A DNA stretch of 64,000 bases. It comes from Styela clava. Lineage: Eukaryota. The notes beneath the pieces are model-generated. The model was not told the origin of the DNA, searched no databases, and was given only the letters and a program-made list of their open reading frames with translations. The position numbers and the translations under genes were made by a program. Location of the stretch: assembly GCF_964204865.1 (NCBI RefSeq), contig NC_135264.1, forward strand, positions 10,726,001 through 10,790,000. The letters are read 5' to 3'. Positions 26,401 to 38,400 of this stretch are shown in pieces. The first letter of the stretch is position 1, and each line of letters starts with the position of its first letter.

Positions 26401-29400
26401 GACCGTTCTTTTTATATCGCTCATTATCCTTTGAAGTTGCTCATTTTCGTTAAATATATGGACATTTCAGAAAAGTGAATATTCTTTGTAATATACTATG
26501 TCATCTGGTCTTAAATCAATCGAAGAAACCATTTTTCTACTTCATACTTTATCTTATTTTATACTTCATTTGGCGCTGGCCAGGTAATGGTGAACTACCT
26601 ACCACCGCGATCTATGCGTTCCCATTGCCTGTAACTCCATATTTACTTGTGGTGAACATTACAGCGTTTGAGTGATGTTGTTACTCATAATTGCAAACAC
26701 AATTAATAACACTAAACAAACGAGGCGGTTGAACCAAGGTGAAAATGCCTCCATTTTTCCCCATCGATATGTCACGTCGCCAAGAAGATTACTCTTTTTA
26801 TTAGGATATCAGACTATATTTGCGAATCAATAAGTCGACCACGCCCTCGAAACGCCTCCATTTTTGTCGACAATGCCGCCTTCCCGTCGTCCTTATTTAG
26901 GCGCGAAATGGGGTTATCAAAATTAGCTTGTACGCTTTCAAGTGTTGCGCGTCTAAAAGCGTTGTCGATTATGATTGAAATGCCATCTCGATAGTACATA
27001 TATCGATTGGTGTACCGTTTTGTAATGAAAAAGAACCCCAAATGGTGAGATGCATTTCAGTCATCATGATTTGTACAACGGCTTTCCCAAATCGAGTTCC
27101 AAATATTTGTTACATCTTGTTCGTCATTGCAATAAATTTTAGATGCATGCCATTTTAGAAATCTCTTTATGATATACTTTTTTAATTATGATGCGTTTCT
27201 ATTTTATCACCATTCCGTTCAACTATTTCTACGCGGACATTCCCCGCAATCAATTATTATAAATGATGTCATATTTATGCCCTTTCTCCTTAAGTTTATA
27301 TATCACTCACTTACTAACGTTCATCATTATCTTGTATAAATTTACAATTTGAATAATATTGATTAATAGCTTGTGCTGTCGTACCGGCTCACGGGTACGT
27401 TAATCTATTTTCACTGGTGTAAAGATTAGGTACGGCCAGCTTCCAATACCAGCTTGTAGCGAGGGCTTATGCAAATCATTCAACCTAGTTAAGGTCACTT
27501 GGCGATTTCAGGTCATGTTATCATCATTTATTTTTTTTATTATATCTCACGACTTGTATATGCGTGAATAGTGTAATTTCGTGTCGTAGTCTTAAAGTCT
27601 TTTGATATTTTTAACGGCTAAACCATGGGTTATAATGTAGCACTCCGGATGCGCAAAAATCGAAATGTATTGTGCAAAAAAAACTGTAATTTAGGTTATC
27701 CACACGTGAATATATGTGATCTTGATAACAATATCTTTATATTCACATACCAACTTATTCTATCTCATAGTAGCCCAAAAACGCTACCACTCTCAAAGGA
27801 AAAAAGCCTTCCGAATGATGCGCCGAGTCATATCCTGTTGTTTTTTTTCAACATGTTTGGCTATCACCAAAGTGAATAGTCACTTTGGAAATCACTATCT
27901 AATGATCGAAGGGAAGCATACTTTTAACCCTGTTACTTTCATCTTTCAAATGTTGTGCTATATTGTACTATTTAGAATTGTGAATTGTGAATTGTTAAAG
28001 AATCAATAAGTTGAAAGTTTTCCATAAAGTAGGTTTCGTTTTTCAAAAATACATCATTTTCTATGACATCGGTTAGTGGCGTAGTATGCTCTGACGATAA
28101 CAGCTGCGGGTCATACACATTAAAGCGGGGATTTCTACAATTTAATAAATAGCCTTTTGATTTGCATGTAAATGATTCCCCGCTCAACATATGCCTACGT
28201 TACGACGTCATTGTCTTGTAAGATATTTTTGAATATGATGGCCAACCTCAGCGTATCAATCGAATCATAAGTATTATGGTCACATTCCCCAAGGTAATGC
28301 CATTGGCACTGAAACTTAGTACACTGAGCCATAATAGTAATTTGACCACGCCTATACCGGATTTGTTCCATATGGACTTTCGGAATATGGCATCGCCCCA
28401 AATTTGCTTCGATTCTAAGGTTATACATACTTTATTTTGAGGTAGGCCTATTAAACATGAATATATTGGTAGCAAATCGAGCAATATCTTCAATTTTACG
28501 GGAATTTTGGGTTCTACTTGTTCTATTCCTAATACTACACTTCTACTTATTTATTTCTTTTTTAATGTGGGAGGTTTTTTGTTTCGCCCAGTACAAGATT
28601 TGCTTCTCCTGTTTTGATATTGTTTACGACTATGAAGACTCCTAAAAGTTCTCCTCGGACTATCAGCTTATTTGTTTTCATTTTGTCATTTTGCTTTTCC
28701 ACTTGACAAATGGTATTATTACGCATAAATTCAAGGCAACTGTTCTATTTTTTTTAAAAAGTATTCCTAGGGTCAAGAAAACCCGTATTTGTTTTGTTAT
28801 GTTGCGAAGACCAGACGGCTACGTGAAGGAATGTAAAAATTATAAGCTCCGTTATTTTGCAAATGCCTCATATGCCGCAATGAACAATTTATACTTATTT
28901 GCAAATCACTTCACGGGCCGTTAAGAAGAGACGGTGATTCATATTAGTAATGTAGGCTGCAGACAAATTTGTAAATTGTTTTTAATGTACAAGTAATTAT
29001 GATAACCTTGCCAAGCGCAATTCACTACAAAACACGAGTCGCTGATAGCCATGTTAATATATTTTCAATTTTCTCTTTCGCTACGAATTTATTAGATTAT
29101 TCGGACCTCGCAACAATTGCTGTGACATTCCATTTGTTTTGGAATTGTTTTTCATAGCGATGCTATCCACAAACATTGTTTTTTGTGCCTGAAGGTATTA
29201 TGTTCAAAGTTCAAAATGTATTGGAACTGATATACATGGCGATATGGAGACATTATACAACAGTATGCGGTAGGAAGAATTCCTGATGTCGATCCCTGCA
29301 GCCGATAAAACGGAAAATTAATTAAAAATATATTGATTTGAGAAACAAAAAATGTAAAAGTATTAAACCTGATTTGATATTACTGATTTACCAAGCCATC

Positions 29401-32400
29401 TTAAAGCGAAATTAGTTTTCAGCGTGTTCTTGTTATCACGGCAGAACGTAACCCTTTTATGATCATAGGCTTCTCTTATTTTTCTATTATCACGCCCACC
29501 TTAAATATTACCCTAATTTAGTCTCGTTGATTATTGCGTTTAGAAAATAAAATTAACCAAACAAATATCAAGCAAAAAATAGTTGTATTGAAGTTCCTAT
29601 TAATTAAAATGATATGAAGCTGCAAGGGTTACAATTGTTACCTAAAATGATATTGCTTAATATAAGTTCACGGTCAACTAATTTGGATTATGCAATCTCG
29701 GTTGCTTAACGTCAAGTTCAAGTAAGGCGAAATGCTGAAATAATACTTGAAAACGTTCGCCGTTTTTACACGCTCGAGGTGTTAGCGTGCAGACGACTTA
29801 GCCACAGATTATATACGTTCTATTCTTATATATAGTATTTATCGTAAACAAGTTATTTTTTGCAAACAATGCTTTTTTGTGTTTTTTTTTTTTGTAAAAA
29901 AAATGAAAATATCTTCTTCGATAACATCATGTTTTCGGACGATATCTTGATCGAACACTGAAGAGTTGAAATAATGTTAAAAAGCATATAGAATCCACAC
30001 TACTAAAATATTAACATTAGCTTATGGAACATGGAATGGTTGAGGTTTCATTAAATAAAATTTTGAAGAAATGGTAAATAATTGCACTAATCACGGCGTG
30101 CCTGTGCGCTCGAAGATCATCTTTAAATATTTTCAAATATAGAACTTCAATTTTCATCATCTCCGGAACCACTGCCTGATTCCTCTGAAATTGATCCATT
30201 TTCTTGGTCTGGTGGGCCGGATTCTTGATCTTCCGGACCACTTCCAGATTCTTGATCAGGAGGGATGCTTGCTTCTTCTTGGTCTCCACTCCCAGATTCC
30301 TGATCTGGTGGACCACTCCCCGATTCTTGGTCTGTGGGGCCACTACCGGATTCTTGGTCTGTGGGGCCACTACCATATTCTTGGTCTGTGGGACCACTAC
30401 CGGATTCTTGGTCCGGAAGACCACTTCGCGTTTTTTTGACTCTGGAGCCACTATAAGATTCTTGGTCTGGAGGACCACTCCCTGATTCTTGGTCTGTGGG
30501 GCCACTTCCACTTTCTTGGTCCGGCGGACCACTCCCTGATTCTTGGTCTGTGGGGCCACTTCCACTTTCTTGGTCCGGCGGACCACTCCCTGATTCTTGG
30601 TCTGTGGAACCACTTCCACTTTCTTGGTCCGGCGGACCACTCCCCGATTCTTCGTCTGTGGAGCCACTTTCTTGATCTGGTGGACCACTTCCGGATTCTT
30701 GGTCAGTTGGGCCACTCCCAGATTCTTGGTCTTCTGGATCGCTTTCAGACTCTTGGTCTGGTAGTCCGCCGTCCGATTCATCTACTTCACCGCTCCCACT
30801 GGCTTCTTGAGCTTGAGCTAGATGACATCTTTGAAGATTGTCCAAAGCGAGGAATAGCACAACACATATTGTTAATAATGACGTTATTTTCATTTTTAAG
30901 TTTATATATAATCTATATCCCTCTGAATTCGAAATTGAAAAGTTGCTGAAAGTTTTTTGACCCGACTTACGCTAATATAACCTTCCACGTACTTAAAAGG
31001 TATTGATAACTTTACTTGTCCAAGACGATAATTACGCCAACACTCTCCAAATGGACTATATTTCAATAGGTTGGAGGTTGTACATTACAATAGCGTGGCC
31101 TTTGTTGGTGGCTTTTTATCCCCCGGATTATACACCTCCCTGTGTCGGAAATTTTGGAAAGGCCGATATCGCATATATTCAATAGTTGGATAAAATACTG
31201 GTACCCGTAAGGCGTATCCGATACCTTAACGTGGTTTAAATTTTATAACGTTCCTTAAAATTTTTAACTTCTAAGAAAATTTATCAAGCTAAAAAAATAG
31301 TGACCAAAGTGTCCAGTCTGAAAACAGGTTGAAAAAGTATGAAACCACTTTTCTACATATACCCTACGCTTTCCTAAACTTTATCTCATTTTTTATTTCC
31401 CTTGATCTCCCCCTCAGTATTCCTGACAATGCCACAGATAGAAATTTCTCGATACTAGTAAATATTCATAGGAAAATGAACAGAGTACAACCGAGAATCA
31501 CGTTCTTTACTCGCTAATCGAAATCTAAATGTGATTGGACTTGCGTCAACCGTCTCTTTTTGTATTAGACAGTCTTTCTGTCATTTGCAAATTAAAATTA
31601 GATTGATCATTGATTAAGCATGATTCTTACATTGAATACACACGTATACGATTGATCAAAAATGGCCGTGCAATTTTGACTATGTAGTCCAAATATCACG
31701 ACTTTTCAAATCAATATATGCAGTTAACTTTCCCAGTAGACACGTCGTCAGCTATTGTAAAAATTACTAGAGTATCCATGTAGTAACGAGGAAAACGGAA
31801 TCAGTTGAATAGATATGTGAATTATGACATCAATATTATTAAAGAAAATTCAAAATTATATGAAAACCATTGTTTTATTTTTATATCAACGGGTTAAATG
31901 ATGTGGATTATAGCTTTTTGGGTAATTAATAGGTTTGGGGGATGATGAAACGATTAAGAACTAATGATCACGACTTGTGAAAATCAATTACCGTATTTAA
32001 TTAATCTACGTTTCAAGATGATGACGTTCTAACAGGTATGTCTGATAAGAAAGAATTGTCAATATCTTTTATGTGAATTTACTGAAAAGGATTGCACCAC
32101 ATATGTGATGTGAATTTCAACGACGGTCGTTTGAAAAAATGTGTGTGTGCGCTTGTGTTATGTGAAGCTTACCAAGAAAGATTTGACGTTATATGTTATT
32201 TTAATTTACCAAGTAACTATACACAAACTTTCACCTCGACTCGACTGCATTTCCATGAAATAAAAGTTAAAATATGTGTGTTTTTTTAAATTTGTCAGAT
32301 GTTATTATTTTTCTATATACCCAACTAACCTAAGCAATATTTATTACTGAAAAATAAAAAAATTGCAATATGGAATTTATCTCATAGTGTGAGCGTTAAT

Positions 32401-35400
32401 TGGTGGTCCACCTGAATGGTACGTATATTATCATCCCTCGTCAAGATTTTTATTACCCATATTTCTTGTGGAGTTTTGTCATAGTTATTCGATAAAGCTC
32501 TATACTTTGATTGTTCACAATCCATCATTGGGACATATACTGTTAATCTCGAATTCCGATTCCCGAATTCGCCATTGATTTCTTTTTGGCGTGTGTGAAT
32601 CAATTTTCCCAATTTCCTCAACTTTTACCTTATTTCCTCGTGGTGGTTTCAAATTTTTTTTCATATCATGTTACATGATTGAAGCGAACTTTTTCCTGTA
32701 TTTTTTTTGTTAAATTTACGCTATCGTGGCACCACGATTTGCTATTTTGTTTGCGAGCATTCCATGTTTTATGATCGCGATATACTTGGATCACGATTAT
32801 CCTGATTTTTTTTTAATTTTACAACTTGATCATGATGACAAATTCTTCTCTTTTTATTTTAGTATATTGTGAATGTATTTAATATAAGTGACTTTCAAAA
32901 TGCTGCGTTCGGAAGACTGTCCCGATATTTGAAGAAAATGTACGCCTTAAAAAAAACAAATTTTTGTCTAGTGTAGTCCATCTATTGAACCGAACAATGC
33001 GAATAAACTATCTTCACCACATCTCCAAAGCCCTATTCGGCACTGTGCGCTGGTAAAGTCAACCTGTACCTATCTTCAAAATCGAATGAACACTCGGCTT
33101 AGTAACGGTTGAGGACTTATCTGGAATATGCAATGGCTTGCCATCAGCAATTGTTCCACATGGGCGAGTCAAAATTGTCTCTCGAAAGGATTTGGACTTC
33201 AATATAAATCTATATCTCCATAATCTTCCACAGTCGATCTATGAATGATAACAAATCAGAAGAATATTTACTTCTCTAACACATTTTATGCTCACTGTAA
33301 CCATGTTAATTTTACAGCTACCCATGCTCAATGTACTACGGTGCTTAGATTGACCTGGGCATTGAATTGAATTGGAGGAAATCCATTTATTTCTTCTCGG
33401 TCATTCATTTCGATTTTACTTGAATCGTTACGTCACTTTTTAAAATAAGAACTTAGTTTTGAGAATGCTCATTGCGGTTTCGTTGGCCTACTGCGCCAGG
33501 TATCGTTTTCGAACGAGTTACTCATATGTTATGCCATTAGTCTTTTGAATGATTTTGAACGCCGGGTGATTTTATATACCATGAATAAAATTTGTATCTG
33601 ATATGATGAAGATTCTTGCATTCTGATCGCCGAGTTTTGAAAGAAATTTGAGAAAAGAATGTCGACGTTTAAATTTATTAGAAATCCAAATATCAAACGC
33701 ATTTTGTAGTGACTAAATGCTTCGTTATTGATTAGCTATTTAGGCCGCCATTACGATCACAATCGAGGCCGGATATCCGAATATCAACGCCAAATGATGA
33801 CAATTGTTTTTAAACTCAAAACCTCAGTCGAAGTCGAGAAAGTATATTTAATTAGAAACTGTCCGTAATATGGCGTAATGCTATGTAATAATTTGCGTAT
33901 TGGCTTGTGTTTCACACCACTTGAATGCGACATATAAAACAAATATTTGTCGAGATCTTCCGCGGAGGCAGCTTTGAGTATGAAGGCTATTACCCATTAT
34001 TTTATAGCTTTGATGGTGTAATCTTGGTTTCTCGTCTTTCGAAATGAATATTTTTTTTGAATATCTCGTTTTAGCATATTTCATGTATGATAACTGGTCG
34101 TCCAAAACTGACTTTTGTCAGTTATTTTCATTTAAAGAGTATAACGATCAAAAAATCGTATTGTTTCAATATTACTTGAAATTACAAAATTTGTTGAAGC
34201 GCACATATTACAGTTTTTCTGGTGGTCAAATCGGTAATAAACATTAAAAGTGAAATTCTTGTGCGTGAAAGCGGATAATTTGCATACTATATGATCCGCT
34301 TTCTGTGTCATGCACCGTACTTATTGGACGCGAAATGGACCTTTGGATCGTTTTTTTATTATGTTGTTCTTGTTGGTATTTTTACTCATAAATCGCATCC
34401 ATAATTCCGTTGTATTTTTATCAGATATAACCCGCGCATGACATTTCGATTTTGCACCGTTCAATTATTTGCAAGAAATTTTATCCCTGACTAACCTTCT
34501 ATGTAACTGACAGCAAATTTGGCCCAACAATCGATCATACTAGGAACATATAAGAATCTGCACACTTTTGTGAAGTGGTGATTTCCGAACGGCGGTGGGT
34601 TTCTTGCATGGATGATTTGTTTTTCAACGAGAAGAATTGTTTGAGAACATTATACGTCGGAAGTGGGGACTCTTTTTGCTTTATCTTTGCGTGTAACGTA
34701 ATATGCATACCCAATGTCCCTTCTGCAAAGCTTACTAGAGTATTTGTCAACTTTTCACTTCGAAAAAAATAAGTACCGTATTTGTTTATCCAACGGTTAT
34801 CCAAATAACTAAGATACATTGTGTTTTATTAAATTGTCGAAATCTGTAATTGTGATATCCAACTGAAGTTTTTAATTATGTCTGTATTTCGAAATTACAT
34901 AAGTTCCGTTTTTGAATGGTATCTTTTCTTTTCAATTCATGGTTCAATGTTTGGCCAAAATATTTAATCAATTCACGATCATTCATTTGCCTTCAAAAAT
35001 AATCGGGTAAACATGACCAGCCAATATTGTATGAGGTTGAAAATCATTGTGTGTCATCGACTTGGAACCGGTTAGAACTGGATTTTATTTTATTTGTTTT
35101 GATGTTGAAATATATATAATGCTGGTATTGTAGATCTCAGACGTTTGCGTGGCGCGTACCAGTGAAGCATGAAACGCGTGACATAATAACAATGGTCTTG
35201 TAAAGTCGCGAGCAACGTTTGTTTTTCGTTCGTCTGCGGACTCGATTTCTCACAATGCCTTTGAGGTATAAAATTGCAATCAAGCGTAAAGCACATGGCT
35301 GTTATTGTAAATGAACTCTAGGACGTTCAATATTGTCGATTTTCACAGGCTATATTTAGCGCCCCTTTTTCTTCGCGAAATAAAACAAAAACCCGTCGAT

Positions 35401-38400
35401 AACATATAATTTCAGCAAATTAGGCGCCACGGAAAGGCCAAATTGACGCCCTTAATTTGTGACGCGAAACAAACCGCATTTTAACAGTGTTTACTATAGA
35501 GATTTCATAGTCGTTTTCGATCGCCTCAAAAACATACCGTACGGTACCGGTGTCTTCAAATATGTGCGTCGTAGACTACTGAAACAATTCGAGTAGCTAG
35601 GGAAACAGTTCCGGCATCGTGTATTAAATGGGTTTGGCCGTTCGGTTTTATTTATGACCCACACCTGACAGTCTTAACATGAGCACGCCCTTTGTTGAAA
35701 TTTCGATGGTATTCACAACACTTTCCCGCCATTTTCGATGAAAAGTATCGGATAATGTCCCGTGTCGAATTACAACTTATTTTGTGATCTCTCGTATCAT
35801 CTGACCGATATGATCAGAAGCTTAATTCATTTAACGATACCAGGTATGGACTGGTTTGCGACTGCATGCCTGATATGTGGGCCTACCTTGATTTTATATA
35901 ACGAGGATAAATAAATAAGATCTTACGTAATTCTTTCGAGAGGTCATTTTGGCGGTTTGGAATGTTGCTTGACCTGATATGTCGTTGTGTAGTTTCTCAA
36001 CTGTAAAATACTTTCGGTTCAGAGTGGGCGCGGTTTCACTCTTTGCATTTTATATCATTATAAATTTTTTTCTCAGGCCAATTATACAAATTCAAAGTGC
36101 TAACTACGTAATTGGCTTGGCATTTATTTTCGATCATACTATTATAATTTGATATAAATAAACATGAATACGTGGGCGTTTTTTGGGCGTTGTATTTTTC
36201 ATATTCTTTGTATAAATAATGAGAAAAAAATGGTTTGTTGTATGATTATTCATTTTTTATTGATTTCCCTATGTTTGTTACCATCTGTTCAGCACTAGGT
36301 TAAGACTTCCCTATCCTTTCCTGTGATATTGTTATGTGTTTATAGTTGCTCTACCTAGCTTCCTGTCATATGGTGTCTGGAACTATTGAACTATTCAATT
36401 TTATTTAGTACCGGTAGTGTAGTATTGATCTAACTTCATTTAAATGATTGGTAAATCGAATAAAGTTTATTTTTTTAGTTTATTTGAATTATATTTGAAG
36501 GAAGATAAACTTGCTTTAATGAGCAAAATGAAACCAACAGTTTATTTATTACAAATAGGGAACATTATAGTGAATTTTGAATATGATATATATTCAGTAC
36601 CGGTACTTTCTTTTATTGCCCCAAAAATTTTAATCAGTCTCCGTTAAGTGGAAAGGTGTATAAGCCTATTCTTTGTTTGGACATCATATGTCAAAAGTCA
36701 GTTCGAAGTTAAACTATTTAGAATTATTTCATAAATCATGCATGCACAATCTCGAATAAAATTAATATTATGTCTATTAAATTGTTTGACAACTTTGAAA
36801 AAACCCTTCGATGTAGTTTCGTATAGGACATGATCAAAAAATTTGTGTCTTGAAAAATAAATTATTTTGTGCCCTAAAAACAATCCTCATTTGTATTTTT
36901 TTTCAGTAACTAATTCAGATATTCTGTCAACATTTTATTGCTGCCATCTATATTCATTTAAGCATATTGTTTTTCAGCCTCTAAGCAAGTTACAGAATTC
37001 ACTGATGGACGTCCTTTCTACCTCTTCGGAGTTTCTTATGGCAGTCCTCCAATGATGTTACAGACTTTTGTGTCACTTTTAAATTCATCGTTTTCAAAAC
37101 AGATCGCATCTACTAGCGCAATAGAAAATGGAGACAATAAAATTCAGCATGTTAGGTTGGTATTTTTAATGTTCAATTCTAATTTAAACCACAGCTGAGG
37201 AGCCTGTAAAAATGTAGTATCGGCTCAAAATTCAAACCCTGTAAAAAAACACTTATACTTTCGATTCCAGGTTGAAAATAAATAATTCGAGATTATCTCC
37301 AAACTCCAAGAAAACTAAATTTTGAATAAAAAAGCTTTTGTGTATGCAAGCTTTCTTTAATCATTTATGTCAGACTTCATTACCATCGAAAACCTAAAAT
37401 TCAGACTTGATTTCATACTAATATTCAATGAATCTCCCATCATATAATTCGAAGTATTACCTGTCGTTATCTAAATTATGACCTTACGAACTAGGTAACT
37501 CCCTAAGTCAACTTTGTTCACACAAAGGTATTTATTTATCTCGAATGTGGCTTTGAATTTTCTCTCATGATGATTTTCTCATTTATGAACTGTCTTGACA
37601 CTGGCATGTATCCCTAACCTTTTATTGACCTTGTTAAGAGATGAGAATGTTGGCTCGACATGCCCCGCCCTGGACACGCCATCTCTGTATTTTAATACCT
37701 TGTTACACCGCTCAGTCACTATATATATATATATATATCTGTAAATTATTAACTGCAATAGTTCATTCTTAAAATTGGTCTGAATCACGCACATTCTGAG
37801 CACTCCTTAAGAATTAACAACTCTTTTTAAGATTTCCTAAAACGTTTTTTGTTGACAAATGTCTGATAGTCCATTCCATCATTATGACGATATGGACTGA
37901 CTGTATTTCATAAATTCCAAACACAAAAGTTGTGAATTGATTGAGGTATTACGAATCTCCATCAAAAAAATATTACAACTCACATTAACATTCAATAGTA
38001 TATAACCTTCAAATTTCGGTAACTTTTCCCAAATGTTTAACAGTAACCATAACTATGTTTTGAAGGAAGTATTTGTCTGGAATTTCATTGCTAACAGTTA
38101 TCATAAGTTATCGCCATTTACATTCCTGTGGATGATGATATCATGGGACCCAATAAAATGTTCATTTTTTTTCCATTTTCAGTTCTGCAGTCTTTAATTT
38201 GCATACTGAAAGAATTAAAACTTGTTTTTATAGCTTTCCGTCTATTATTTCTATATACTAACACAAGGGAGTGGCCTATTTCTTGTTTTTTGCCATATTT
38301 TCATTCAACTGCTAGACTATGGTATTTATTCAATCCTTGACACTGACACGTGGCAATTTCAAATATGCCACACCCCACATACACCTTTTCCGACTCTTGT

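Noticed and set aside
30200-30760. CRISPR-like array
   Set aside because: No unique spacers; it is a coding minisatellite in a eukaryotic context
30017-30781. 254-aa basic overlapping ORF (QTKNxxVV repeats)
   Set aside because: Shadow frame of the 27-bp repeat; a lack of stops is expected, and the other frame has the signal peptide
33060-33240. About 57-codon minus-strand open stretch in the DEPTOR intron
   Set aside because: No homology recognised; length is within chance
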